From Macrostomum lignano (lineage: Eukaryota): 54,507 nt of DNA. Location of the stretch: assembly GCA_002269645.1 (NCBI GenBank), contig NIVC01000429.1, forward strand, positions 1 to 54,507, read 5' to 3'. Below, one piece after another: positions 33,396 through 46,600 of the stretch; positions within the stretch are counted from its first letter, which is position 1; each line of letters starts with the position of its first letter. The translations under genes were made by a program, and so were the position numbers. The notes beneath the pieces are model-generated. The model saw only the letters and a list, made by a program, of their open reading frames with translations, had not been told where the DNA came from and ran no database searches.

Positions 33396-33923
33396 GCGAC
33401 CCCATCGACGTCATCGAGCTCTGGCGGAATTCAGCGACGTCGCCAGCTGCGCGTCAGGGTTCGCCCGCTGTACCCGATCACAGTGCCGCTGCGAGACCGC
33501 CGCCTGCCCGCCAGCTTCTGGACGCACCCGAATCGACGGCCGCAAACTGAAGCAGCCTCCCTGCCAGCTCCGCAGTACTCGGTGGCCTCTTCCCAATCGC
33601 ATCTGACCGCCCTGACCGCGTCCTGGGCTGCCGCTGCCGCAGCTGCAGCTGCTGTTAAAATCCCTCCACCGCCACCGCCACCTCCGCCGACGCTGATGCC
33701 GCCGCCGATGCCTCCGCCGCTAACCAAGGCGCCGACGCCGCAGCTGCCGCAGACAGCGTACATGCAGCAGACTGTCTCGGCTGCCGCAGACGCCGCTGCC
33801 GCTGCTGCCGCGGCGACGCCGGTTACGCAAGCAGCAGACCAGTCGACGAGATCGATTGATGGAGGAGATCGATGCACTTTGGCGCACTGGTCGGCTGTCA
33901 TACACTCGGGCGGATTCTACTAA
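33396..33923 (+). CDS. Terminal exon of a small low-complexity protein with a YAP/FAM181-type TEAD-binding omega-loop motif; start exon not found
   Basis: Acceptor ccgcccaatcag| at 33395, then an open frame ATPSTSSSSGGIQRRRQLRVRVRPLYPITVPLRDRRLPASFWTHPN...poly-Ala, poly-Pro...GGFY*. Confidence 0.6.
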   Translation, partial: ATPSTSSSSGGIQRRRQLRVRVRPLYPITVPLRDRRLPASFWTHPNRRPQTEAASLPAPQYSVASSQSHLTALTASWAAAAAAAAAVKIPPPPPPPPPTLMPPPMPPPLTKAPTPQLPQTAYMQQTVSAAADAAAAAAAATPVTQAADQSTRSIDGGDRCTLAHWSAVIHSGGFY

Positions 33924-34270
33924 CCGGACTTGCATATCGTGCGCTGTAAATACATGCAAACACGTTGACGGCATCCCAACTAGAATTTATAAGAAATAGA
34001 GCTAAAAAATTTTTTCATCAAAGAAAGTACTGAATGACCTTTCTTTTCTGATATATACGAATTGCTTCACTTTGAGTTTTAGACATGGAAAATACAATTA
34101 AATGTTTTATTTATGCTAATAAATCTGAGATAAAAAATACAAAAATCATATGTTTCAAATTAAAGACCTCAGAGTTAATATGCAAGCCGGATCTGTGACC
34201 ACAGAAGTTATCGTTGAATCAGGAAGTAAAGACTGGCGTCCTATGAAAAGTTTGTTTCAAGCGTTTGGTT

Positions 34271-34468
34271 TTGTCCAGCTCGCAGGCCATCTCATCCGCG
34301 CCGAGTCGTACTGCCCACAGCCGGTGCAGGAGGTGCTGCTGCTCACGCTGCAGGCACCCTACCGGCGAGGTCAAGCGCGAACTCGGCGTTACGTCGACTG
34401 TCTGCTGGCTGACGCCGGCGCCCCGGACACTGCCGGTGGCGCGGCCTTTGTTCGCGCCCAAGCCATGA
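34271..34468 (+). other. GC-rich exon-like island, product unknown
   Basis: GC-rich segment in AT-rich surroundings, preceded by ttttgtccag. One frame reads ...HSRCRRCCCSRCRHPTGEVKRELG...PLFAPKP*. Frame and strand are not resolved. Confidence 0.25.
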
Positions 34469-35786
34469 CGCTGACTTTTGCCATCCTGACAGCGCATTTT
34501 GTTGTTGTTGTTGTTGTTGTTTAGTTTTGTAGAACGCATTAAATCAACTAGCGATTGCTTGTGACAATGGCGCCGACACCATTAAAGAGATACACAGTAA
34601 CATTTTTCCTTCGATAAACTTATAAAGCTAGCTTGGACAAAACGGCATGCCAGCCTTATATGATCGTCGACCGTCGTTATAGCAGAAGGAATGATGTCAA
34701 ATAAGTCCTCGTGTTTAATTTTTCCATCTGGCTAAATATCTAACAAGACAACAAGAGAAAGTGTAAGTTGCTGCTGTCTAAAAAGCAGCTAGAAAGAAAA
34801 GCAAGATGGCAGCATTCGGTGCATCAGACCACCGAGCATTCGGTGGTCCCTCGCTAGATAATAGATGGCCAACACGCGGTCTGCTGCAGCTAAAAACAGA
34901 CGCGGCGAATTCGTTTGATCTCCAAACCGTCTGCTGGGCGAGGCGCAGGGCCGGCCTTCATCAATCGCCAGGGTTCGCTACCACGCCCGCCACCGCGCCG
35001 CCGACACCAGAAGTATATTCGTGTGCTCCCCAGCCGTCTGGCGGATTTCACTTTTGATTCTTCACTGCATCGATCTCGGTGTCTGAGACTCGCAAACTGT
35101 CTGCGCGTCTGTACTGTCTGTAAACTATCCGCTAAACTATCTGTCTCGCTATAGGAACCACGACGAGCTGCGGTCAAGATTTTACCATCACCTCTTTAAC
35201 TTCTCTACTATTAAACTATAAGAGTTTCAAATCCTGTGTTAGAAAATCTGTGTGTTTTATATTTGAGCCAAGTAGCAAACTTATGCGGCATGTCTGCAAA
35301 TGATAATGATCAATCATCAGTAACCTTTTAGAACAGGCGGTCTTTCTCGATCCCCCAATCCCAATACTCGCAGCTACAACTATCATCATCCCTCCAATCC
35401 ACCGGTGCACCAAAACCAATAAAAAGTTGAGCGCTAAAATCATAAATTGAGAACAGAAAGTGATGCCCAGGGATGCATGGTATGACATGCGCCTCCCCAT
35501 ATTAAAAATCCTGCTGCATGATGCTGCAGATCTTCACCTCCAAATTCATCGGTATTGCGCTCGTATATTCAACTAATCTTTGCACTGTAACTCGAATACT
35601 AAAAGTATATACTTTATATTTAAAATCAGAACCTTAACTACATGTATAGAGTGCGAAACGATGTGCTCCGCTTGTGTTGGCAGACGACTACTTTACTAGT
35701 ATTATACAAGCAATGTTTCAGAGAGAACTTAATTCAGTATATCAGTTGTCCTGCTGATATGCATATTATCGATCATTCCTGCCAAG

Positions 35787-36090
35787 CAGGGGCATCGCCA
35801 TGGATTTTATGGTGGGGAGGACAAAGCCAAGAATTCAACATTTACATGTACATGACTGAATTTGGCACTATTTTGGCGCCTCAGGCACTCATTTTGGCGC
35901 CACAGGTACTCATTTTGGCGCCGCGAGCATTCCTTTTGGAAGGCGCCAAATTTTGGCGCCCTGAAGAAAAACTATTGATTGCCACAACGACTCACAAGGT
36001 GGGGTGGGGGGACAAAGCATTGGCATGCCCCCCGAGCTTTTACTGAGGGGGGACATGTCCCCCTGTCCTCCCCCGGTGGCGACGCGCCTG
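35787..36090. mobile_element. MITE-like element, about 300 bp, with imperfect 14-bp TIRs and 3-4 internal 21-bp repeats
   Basis: Left end caggggcatcgcca, right end tggcgacgcgcctg; internal ttttggcgccWcaggYactca units. No clear target-site duplication seen. Confidence 0.65.
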
Positions 36091-37682
36091 CCTACTGCCA
36101 GAATATAAAAAAATCTACATTTCTTTACAACTCGAAATTGGTAAGGGCAAAAAGGTAATTCGAAATGTAAATATAAATAAATAGATATTTTTTCTTGGCA
36201 TTACATTCCCAATACGCAATATTTTATACGGTATGCGTTCGTATATTCAACTAAATTTCTCAACATTGCACAATAAATCAGCTCTAGAGTTTGCAAGGCA
36301 AAATTTTCGGATTTAATCCACAGAAACGTAAATAGAAATAATATTTTTTATAGAATTATCAAAACATCTAGTATACTTTAAAGTCTTTCTAACATAAGAT
36401 TTCTTTATAATGATTCAAGTAAAGTAGCTTTTTTGTTAAAGTGCGCGTGATAATATGTTATTTTGTGTTTCTCAGAATATCTATTTTCGCGTTTGAATTT
36501 CTACGAGTCGTCTGACTGGACCCGTCCTCCACATCAAGTCGTTTTTAGCTTAATAGTAATTTAACGTCTCAGAAGAATGGCCTTGAATTTAATAACATTT
36601 CTGATCCTTTTGTCGTAATTACCTTTCCGATTAAAAAATTATTTTGTCGAAGACTATCCTAGCACTACCTAAAATATTCATCTTATATATAGATTAAAAA
36701 TATCAAAAATATACAAATTGGAGTTTAATCAATTGTAATATATTGATATCAAATAGTAAGTAGTAATAGTAAAAAATAAATCGTAAATAAAAATATAATT
36801 AAAATAGTAATTAAAATATTCTAAATACACGCTACAAGAATCATTTATAAAAAAGCTATTTTTTGTTTTTTTATGTAGAATACACAATTGAATACTGTAT
36901 GTGGCAGTACAAGTGTTAAAAAAACAATAAATTTGATTTAGTCATTATTCTGATGGCCCAAAAGAAGCAGAATGTGCATTCAGATTATTCCATTTGATCC
37001 TGCCCCATTTTTTAATTAATGGTCCATTTATCATTTACTTCATCATGCTTTACATATTCTCAAAAAGAAAAAAATCTCATTAAGATATTGGCATATTTAA
37101 ATGCTAAAATTAGGATTTTAATCTAGAAATTGCTAGAAGAGTTATCAACTATTTAATAGTGATATCATATAAAATAATCCTACTGCATACATTTTTTCGA
37201 TTTGCACATTAGCTCTACAATCTTTAACTATGAAACGTTATGATTAGTAAAATACTGAGAAACTGACAGCAGCTAAGAAAGACTTTTTCAAATTTAAATT
37301 CCAGTGAAATCATATTAAAATAAAAAGTAAATTAAATATAAGCTATATCGTAAGTATATTAATTTCTACAAAAAAATTATAATTTAGTTTTTATAAGTGA
37401 AATTGCATTTCCATGTGAAATTTCAGCTTTTATTCACTAGTTACTATAGGTCCTAACAGTCTTTAAAGCTCAAATATTTCAAGCCAAATTTTTAGGCACA
37501 AGCTTTTAGAGCTATATCAAGTTATCAACGCCCATTGGCTGTCGTAGCTGAACCAATATTTCTCCGCCATTGGCCTGTCTGGGGGCACCCATAGAATATA
37601 ATAAAGGTTGCTCCCGAATGCCTATCGAACCCCAAATCTGCTGTCCATCCTGAAATCTCACCCCGTCCAATCCGCAGCACAG

Positions 37683-40600
37683 ATGGGAAACGAAGTGTCT
37701 CTGCCGGAGCTGTGCGCTCACTTCGACACCGAGGAGATTCGCCGACTAGGCAAGCGATTCAAGAAGATCGACCTGGACGGCAGCGGAGCGCTCAGCGTCG
37801 ACGAATTCCTGCGCCTGCCCGAGCTGCAGCAGAACCCGCTGGTGCAGCGCGTCATCGACATCTTCGACACTGACCAGAACGGCGAGGTGGACTTCAAGGA
37901 GTTCATTGAAGGTAAGCTTAATAACAATAAGAAGAAGAATAGCTGCAGTAGGGCTCTGCACATCCTGGCGCAACGTCTTCAGCGACATCGTCCCGCAACC
38001 AGCACTGACGGCAACTCTACATATGTACATGACTAAATTCCTACATGACATTATTCTCAGAATCGCTGTTGTCAGCGCTTATTTTAGCGCCGCAGGCAGT
38101 CATTTTAGCGCCGCAGGCAGTCATTTTAGCGCCGCAGGCAGTCATTTAGCGCCGCAGGCAGTCATTTTAGCGCCGCAGGCAGTCATTTTAGCGCCGCAGG
38201 CAGTCATTTTAGCGCCGCAGGCAGTCATTTTAGCGCCGCAGGCACTCATTTAGCGCCGCAGGCAGTCATTTTAGCGCCGCAGGCACTCATTTTAGCGCCG
38301 CAGGCAGTCATTTTAGCGCCGCAGGCAGTCATTTTAGCGCCGCAGGCAGTCATTTAGCGCCGCAGGCAGTCATTTTAGCGCCGCAGGCAGTCATTTAGCG
38401 CCGCAGGCAGTCATTTTAGCGCCGCTGGCACTCATTTTAGCGCCACTGGCACTCATTTTAGCGCCACAGGCACTCATTTTGTCGCCCTAAGGCAATTTTT
38501 TTATTTCCATAACAGGTAACAAGGTGGGGGTGGGGGACATAGCATTGGCATGTCCCCCAATAGATTTTACTGGGGGGCATGTCCCCCCTGCCCCCCCCCC
38601 CGGTGGCAAAGCCCCAGCCTGAGCCAATCTCCGCGCACGAGCCCCAAATGAATGCGGCCACGCACGGAATCGAACCAAGGGTCGTGACGCGAAAGCCAGA
38701 TGCGTTTATTGCTGAGCTGCTCTGCCTCAAAGGTTAGCTTTGCATTAAATGACAAGTAGCTGCTGATGCTGTGAGATGCCCGATGAAGTCACAGCTGAGG
38801 CTTGAGTCATGCCCGACCTTTGACAGATAAACACCCGCTCACACAGGGCTGACCATTCTTGCTGACCAGTAAGCACCCACACGGCTTCAAAGTTCAGTGT
38901 TTCATTAGATAAGCCATCAAGGAACCCATCGAGTCAGACACTTTCGGACACTGGACAAGCAATTAGGGTGCCGAATAGAAATTAGCATAATTCCCACTGG
39001 ACAGACGCGTGCAGCCGAATCGAGCCTGTCACTTCCCGTTATGCCATCGAGGGCGGCAAAAGTTTCAGGACGGGATTAGCAGCAGCACTGCTTCTGCCTG
39101 CTCCTAGAAGAGTTTCCTGACCGGCCATCTTAAATCCCAGCACATTCTCAATCCTCTCTCATTTTTCATTTCCGTCTTTCTCTCGCACTTCATCTTCTGC
39201 GGACTGCGGAGAGTCTACTTTGTCTTTTAGTGCCGGGACTTCGGCTGCCCAGTCGCGATGCTCAGCCCTGAAGTGCTTTGTCAGCTTCAGTATTGAGGCT
39301 CTGGGGATTCTTGAGACCAGCTGGATAGGAGCTGGGCCTCCTATTTCCTTCAACTGTCTCTTTTGCAGGAGGTTAATTAAACAGCCTAAGACTGATCGAG
39401 TTGGATGCGGAGGGCGGGGTCTGGGAAACTGACGGAGGCTGAGAAGAGGTGGAGCTGGCGTTAGATTTCACTCTGCTTAGTTTTCGGTCAGAAGGAAACG
39501 AAAATGTTCGACGGCGATTTTTCTTAGTTTTTGTTTTTTCGCTCCTCGGGTTTCTTGATAATGCATTGCTTCTGTCCAAGTTGTCTCTATACGAGCCAAG
39601 AGAGAGAGAAAGAGGAGTAATTGGAGACTGGGGATTAAGGAGGCTGGAAAATGAAGTGAAGTCTATAGGAGTAAAATTGAAACTACAAGCTCTCAACAAG
39701 CAAACGTACATAAAAGAAGGCAGAATTGAAAAAGGAGAGAAGGGAGAGGGGAGAGGAGGGGGAGAGGGGAGAGGAGAGAGGAGAGAAAGGAGAGGAGAGA
39801 GCGAGCTCATAGGTAGGAAAAGATAGATTGGTGAGATAATGGAAGGCAATAGCTATAAAAATTCAGAGAAAGTGGCGGGCAGAGAGGTCGCTAGCAGTCA
39901 ATCTCTAAATTCTATCGAATGAGTTTTGCTTTGATTATTCGGTAATCCCTTTCGGTAATCTTTGTTTTCAAAGATTCCCCCCTCTCGCACTTCCAACCGA
40001 TTGGAATTTCATTCCGAAGTAGCTCGTCATAAAAAGGAGTTACTTATAGGAGTTAACGCAGGCGTGTCTTTTGTATGATCAGTTTTGTGTTTTTGAATTT
40101 CGGACTTGCGTGCTTGTGGTGGCAGATACGAGCCATCTCCGAATCCTGGCTATGCCTTGCTGTGCTTTGCTTTTTAAAAACATTATTTACTCCCACCGTC
40201 GTACGAGTATTTGCTCTGTCGCATCACTGAAGACTCGGTCCTGGCTCTTTTTCCTTCGCAAGAAAGCATTTTTTAGCTCGGGATGGGACTCTAACGATGC
40301 TTGTGTTTGCTAGAATCCGAATCAGACTGCACCGGTCTGTTTAATCATGACAGAGCAAATTGGCAAATACCCAGCTGGCAAATGTTTGAAGGTTTCAATG
40401 AAAGTTTATGGTCCACTAGAGAAGTGTTAATGCCACAGCTAAATCAACAGAAACTTCATCCGACTACGAGACGTAGTTTAATTGAGATTCTTTGCTGGAC
40501 TTGAAAAACAGCTTTTTGAGGGCTGCTAAGACTTATTTTGAAGGGATGTTGAGTAGCGAAGCGATAAGAGGCAGAGCAGCTCAACGACCACGACTCCTGA

Positions 40601-43600
40601 TTCGATTCCGTACATTGGATTGTCGTTCAATTCATGCACACCCATGAGGATCAGACCCCAAGACACAGACAGAATGTACATATCTGATTTGTGACAATGT
40701 GGGTTTTATTGATTCAAATGAATCATGGAAGATTGTAGTGCATCCTGTGCGTGACCAGTGCTCAGATTTGGCTACGGGTGGGCGACTTGAATAGCGGCCG
40801 CCGGGCCTTATCTTCCCTGAAGACTGGGAGGGGTTCAAGCTTCTAAGGGAGGGGGGAGTTTAACGATCCGCAGTCAGGTGAGGACTGGCGCACAGGTAGG
40901 TTCGGCCACACCTGTGTTAATTGCAGTTTTTATTGCCCAGGTGGGGGGTGAGAGGTGGACGGGCGGTGACCAGTCCAGTCTCCGGTCTCACGACAGCGCC
41001 CGTGCCTTCTCTGTTCAGCTCGCCTTTTCCCCATCCCAGCGCAGAACGCGAGTATATGCCCCACTAATTGGCCCGGCACTAGCGCGCTTCCCCTTTTCTC
41101 CCAACAACTCCCGCATCGTCTCCGGAGACAGAGGAGCTACGCGAGGAGAAATTTAAAGGACAGGCCTCGGCTTGAAGTTGGGGACAGGAGAATCCAATCC
41201 CCCAAGGAGTAGAACTTGGCGCTTCTCCCCGCCACCAACCCTTAGCAAGCCACTCAATTCCCCTTTTCATCGCCATCTACCGCCTGTTACCCCTAAGCCA
41301 GGATTTTTTATTTATCCCACAGCAAGCGATTCAGGGTTTTAGCGGCTCTGATTGCAGCCTCGACGAACTCTAGGGGTTTGGCTTGCTGTATATCCTTTGC
41401 CGTCATCTCCAAACCCATCTGCACCTGCAAACAATTCATCAGCTGAGCACCTCCGCCCCGACCCACTCAAAAATTTCAGGCATGTCGCAGTTCTCCGTTC
41501 GAGGCGACAAAGACTCCAAGCTGAGATTTGCCTTCCGCATCTACGATATGGACAAAGACGGCTATATTAGCAATGGAGAGCTTTTCCAGGTTAGCATATG
41601 CTTTCTGCGGGCCACAGTCTCCGATCGCTGTTTCTGTGTCTGATGCGTCATCGTCTCCAATCTCTGTTTCTGTGTCTGATGCGTCACCGTCTCTGATCTC
41701 TGTTTCTGTGTTTGATGCGTCACCGTCTCTGATCTCTGTTTCTGTGTTTGATGCGTCACCGTCTCTGATCTCTGTTTCTGTGTCTGATGCGTCACCGTCT
41801 CTGATCTCTGTTTCTGTGTCTGATGCGTCATCGTCTCTGATCTCTGTTTCTGTGTCTGATGCGTCACCGTCTCTGATCTCTGTTTCTGTGTCTGATGCGT
41901 CACCGTCTCCGATCTCTGTTTCTGTGTCTGATGCGTCACCGTCTCTGATCTCTGTTTCTGTATCTGATGCGTCACCGTCTCCGATCTCTGTTTCTGTGTC
42001 TGATGCGTCACCGTCTCCGATCACTGTTTCTGTGTTTGATGCGTCACCGTCTCTGATCTCTGTTTCTGTGTCTGATGCGTCATCGTCTCTGATCTCTGTT
42101 TCTGTGTCTGATGCGTCACCGTCTCTGATCTCTGTTTCTGTGTCTGATGCGTCACCGTCTCTGATCTCTGTTTCTGTGTCTGATGCGTCACCGTCTCTGA
42201 TCTCTGTTTCTGTGTCTGATGCGTCATCGTCTCTGATCTCTGTTTCTGTGTCTGATGCGTCACCGTCTCTGATCTCTGTTTCTGTGTCTGATGCGTCACC
42301 GTCTCTGATCTCTGTTTCTGTGTCTGATGCGTCACCGTCTCTGATCTCTGTTTCTGTATCTGATGCGTCACCGTCTCCGATCTCTGTTTCTGTGTCTGAT
42401 GCGTCACCGTCTCTGATCTCTGTTTCTGTGTCTGATGCGTCATCGTCTCCGATCTCTGTTTCTGTGTCTGATGCGTCACCGTCTCTGATCTCTGTTTCTG
42501 TGTCTGATGCGTCACCGTCTCCGATCTCTGTTTCTGTGTCTGATGCGTCATCGTCTCCGATCTCTGTTTCTGTGTCTGATGCGTCACCGTCTCTGATCTC
42601 TGTTTCTGTGTCTGATGCGTCACCGTCTCCGATCTCTGTTTCTGTGTCTGATGCGTCACCGTCTCTGATCTCTGTTTCTGTATCTGATGCGTCACCGTCT
42701 CCGATCTCTGTTTCTGTGTCTGATGCGTCACCGTCTCCGATCACTGTTTCTGTGTTTGATGCGTCACCGTCTCTGATCTCTGTTTCTGTGTCTGATGCGT
42801 CATCGTCTCTGATCTCTGTTTCTGTGTCTGATGCGTCACCGTCTCTGATCTCTGTTTCTGTGTCTGATGCGTCACCGTCTCCGATCTCTGTTTCTGTGTC
42901 TGATGCGTCACCGTCTCTGATCTCTGTTTCTGTGTCTGATGCGTCACCGTCTCTGATCTCTGTTTCTGTGTCTGATGCGTCACCGTCTCTGATCGCTGTT
43001 TTTGTGTCCGATGCGTCACCGTCTCTGATCTCTGTTTTTGTGTCCGATGCGTCACCGTCTCCGATCTCTGTTTCTGTGTCTGATGCGTCACCGTCTCCGA
43101 TCTCTGTTTCTGTGTCTGATGCGTCACCGTCTCTGATCTCTGTTTCTGTGTCTGATGCGTCACCGTCTCCGATCTCTGTTTCTGTGTCTGATGCGTCACC
43201 GTCTCTGATCGCTGTTTCTGTGTCTGATGCGTCATCGTCTCCGATCTCTGTTTCTGTGTCTGATGCGTCACCGTCTCCGATCACTGTTTCTGTGTTTGAT
43301 GCGTCACCGTCTCTGATCTCTGTTTCTGTGTCTGATGCGTCATCGTCTCTGATCTCTGTTTCTGTGTCTGATGCGTCACCGTCTCTGATCTCTGTTTCTG
43401 TGTCTGATGCGTCACCGTCTCTGATCTCTGTTTCTGTGTCTGATGCGTCACCGTCTCCGATCTCTGTTTCTGTGTCTGATGCGTCACCGTCTCTGATCTC
43501 TGTTTCTGTATCTGATGCGTCACCGTCTCCGATCTCTGTTTCTGTGTCTGATGCGTCACCGTCTCCGATCACTGTTTCTGTGTTTGATGCGTCACCGTCT

Positions 43601-46600
43601 CTGATCTCTGTTTCTGTGTCTGATGCGTCACCGTCTCTGATCTCTGTTTCTGTATCTGATGCGTCACCGTCTCCGATCTCTGTTTCTGTGTCTGATGCGT
43701 CACCGTCTCTGATCTCTGTTTCTGTGTCTGATGCGTCATCGTCTCCGATCTCTGTTTCTGTGTCTGATGCGTCACCGTCTCTGATCTCTGTTTCTGTGTC
43801 TGATGCGTCATCGTCTCTGATCTCTGTTTCTGTGTCTGATGCGTCACCGTCTCTGATCGCTGTTTTTGTGTCCGATGCGTCACCGTCTCTGATCTCTGTT
43901 TTTGTGTCCGATGCGTCACCGTCTCCGATCTCTGTTTCTGTGTCTGATGCGTCACCGTCTCCGATCTCTGTTTCTGTGTCTGATGCGTCACCGTCTCTGA
44001 TCTCTGTTTCTGTGTCTGATGCGTCACCGTCTCCGATCTCTGTTTCTGTGTCTGATGCGTCACCGTCTCCGATCGCTGTTTCTGTGTCTGATGCGTCATC
44101 GTCTCCGATCTCTGTTTCTGTGTCTGATGCGTCACCGTCTCCGATCACTGTTTCTGTGTTTGATGCGTCACCGTCTCTGATCTCTGTTTCTGTGTCTGAT
44201 GCGTCATCGTCTCTGATCTCTGTTTCTGTGTCTGATGCGTCACCGTCTCTGATCTCTGTTTCTGTGTCTGATGCGTCACCGTCTCTGATCTCTGTTTCTG
44301 TGTCTGATGCGTCACCGTCTCCGATCTCTGTTTCTGTGTCTGATGCGTCACCGTCTCTGATCTCTGTTTCTGTATCTGATGCGTCACCGTCTCCGATCTC
44401 TGTTTCTGTGTCTGATGCGTCACCGTCTCCGATCACTGTTTCTGTGTTTGATGCGTCACCGTCTCTGATCTCTGTTTCTGTGTCTGATGCGTCATCGTCT
44501 CTGATCTCTGTTTCTGTGTCTGATGCGTCACCGTCTCTGATCTCTGTTTCTGTGTCTGATGCGTCACCGTCTCCGATCTCTGTTTCTGTGTCTGATGCGT
44601 CACCGTCTCTGATCTCTGTTTCTGTGTCTGATGCGTCATCGTCTCTGATCACTGTTTCTGTGTCTGATGCGTCACCGTCTCTGATCTCTGTTTCTGTGTC
44701 TGATGCGTCACCGTCTCTGATCTCTGTTTCTGTGTCTGATGCGTCATCGTCTCTGATCTCTGTTTCTGTGTCTGATGCGTCACCGTCTCTGATCTCTGTT
44801 TCTGTGTCTGATGCGTCACCGTCTCTGATCTCTGTTTCTGTGTCTGATGCGTCACCGTCTCTGATCGCTGTTTTTGTGTCCGATGCGTCACCGTCTCCGA
44901 TCTCTGTTTCTGTGTCTGATGCGTCACCGTCTCTGATCGCTGTTTTTGTGTCCGATGCGTCACCACCTCTAATCCTGGTCAGTTTATGTACATTCTCCTC
45001 TCTCTTTACTCTCGCTCTCTCATCCTGTCTCCTCTGTTTCTCTCGTCCATTCTCATTGATCGCTCGGAGCCGCTAACTCTCCGCAGTCCAGTTCTGAGAC
45101 CGTGATTCCTCACTCGCTTGCACTGCTCTTTTTCATGATCCGTTAATCTCTGATTCGGTTCTGACGACTCAAGGGAGCTCAGCTGATAAGCGAGAGGAGA
45201 GAGAGGAGAAGAAAAGGAGTTGCGACTACTGCCACCTTTCCATTAGTCTGGGACCCTCTTTTGACAGTGAATGCGTGACCATTCTCGGTCTAAGAGTCGC
45301 ATGGCCTCCGCTCCGCTGCTCCCCAACTCCCTAGCAGACAAAAATATCGTCTCAGCTACGGCCTCCTGCGGTCCGCCTTCTTATCCGCCCACTTCCTCCC
45401 CCTCAGCTCGAACCGCGAGAGAAGCCTCCTATGCAGCTAGGATAAATTGGGAATGGGAGGCGAGCTCAGCGGAGCAAGCAGAATTTCTGGCTAAAGGGAG
45501 AGAAAAAAGGGGACAGAGTCAATCAGGACGGCCACAGAGGCATAGCCGGCTGAATAAAGTAGATCACCGCCTGGGGGCGATTCCTGTAAATAAGGAGACA
45601 AAGGATAGCCGATCCTGATCAGGCATCGCGGCCTTTCCCGCGGATTGCCTTTGATTCTTTCTGGGCTGCCGCGCTGCTGACCCCAGACGCGGGTTATGGC
45701 TTATAAGCTCTCTCGAGTCAAGAAGGGAGGACTGACGCAGATAGATTGCAGCAGCGGGACCTCTTGAGTGCTGCTGAGCGCATCTCTTTCCATCTCTCTT
45801 CTCCATCTCTTGTCTTCTCTTTAATTGCAAGCTGAGCAGCTGCGGCAGCTGATGAGGCACTTAGATAAACACACGGGGAGGCTTCTTTGTAGGCAGGTTG
45901 CCGTAGCGATTTTAATGGATACTCGTACAGTCTGTTAAGCACAGCCTTCCTATCTTAGTTCCTCGTTGCTTGCGTGTATTCGAATAGTTGAGGCTTATTA
46001 AAAGTGCTAGTGGCTAGGCAAGGCTTTATGAAGCGTGTGTGTTGAACCGAATTCGAATTCACGTAAGAACTTCTTTGCTTTGATCACTATTTTGCATACA
46101 TCGCCTCAAAATATTCACGAGTCTACTATGTCTGTGTAGCTATAGCTCTTCTTTGGAAACCAGCCTCTGAGTTAAGCAGAGTTAGCGGTGGTTAGTACGC
46201 AGCTGAATAGCCCCAAAAGGCAACTACCGTGAGCGACGGGCAAAGTAAGCTGAGCTGCAGTTCACCCTGCTGTGATTGTGCAGCAGCTCTGAGCTGCAGT
46301 TCACTCTGCTGTGATTGGGCAGCAGCTCTGAGCTGCAGTTCACTCTGCTGTGATTGGGCAGCAGCTCTGAGCTGCAGTTCACTCTGCATTTAACCACCTC
46401 GCACGTGATGGACATATTGAAGAAAGTCTTTTTACTCTTTACTGCCCGCCTCCACCCAGGTGCTCAAGATGATGGTTGGCAGCAACCTGAAGGACGCCCA
46501 GCTGCAGCAGATCGTCGACAAGACGATCATCTTCGCCGATAAAGACGGCGACGGTCGAATCTCGTTCAGCGAATTCTGTGACCTGGTCGGCACCATGGAC

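Noticed and set aside
33385-33415. Minus-strand mini-exon MTSMGSPDWA|gtgagt as ANKRD6 exon 1
   Set aside because: A much better first exon encoding a real ankyrin repeat exists at 29368-29472, and the + strand here carries a recognisable motif.
9427-44965. CRISPR-like arrays (28-36 bp repeats)
   Set aside because: Units are head-to-tail with no unique spacers, no cas genes are present, and the context is eukaryotic and spliced.
41476-45076. 1058-aa and 1182-aa ORFs, as a giant repeat protein or an alternative calcineurin B isoform
   Set aside because: They are stop-free translations of a 36-bp (multiple of 3) array inside an intron with canonical splice sites. The + strand ORF is not in the calcineurin B frame.
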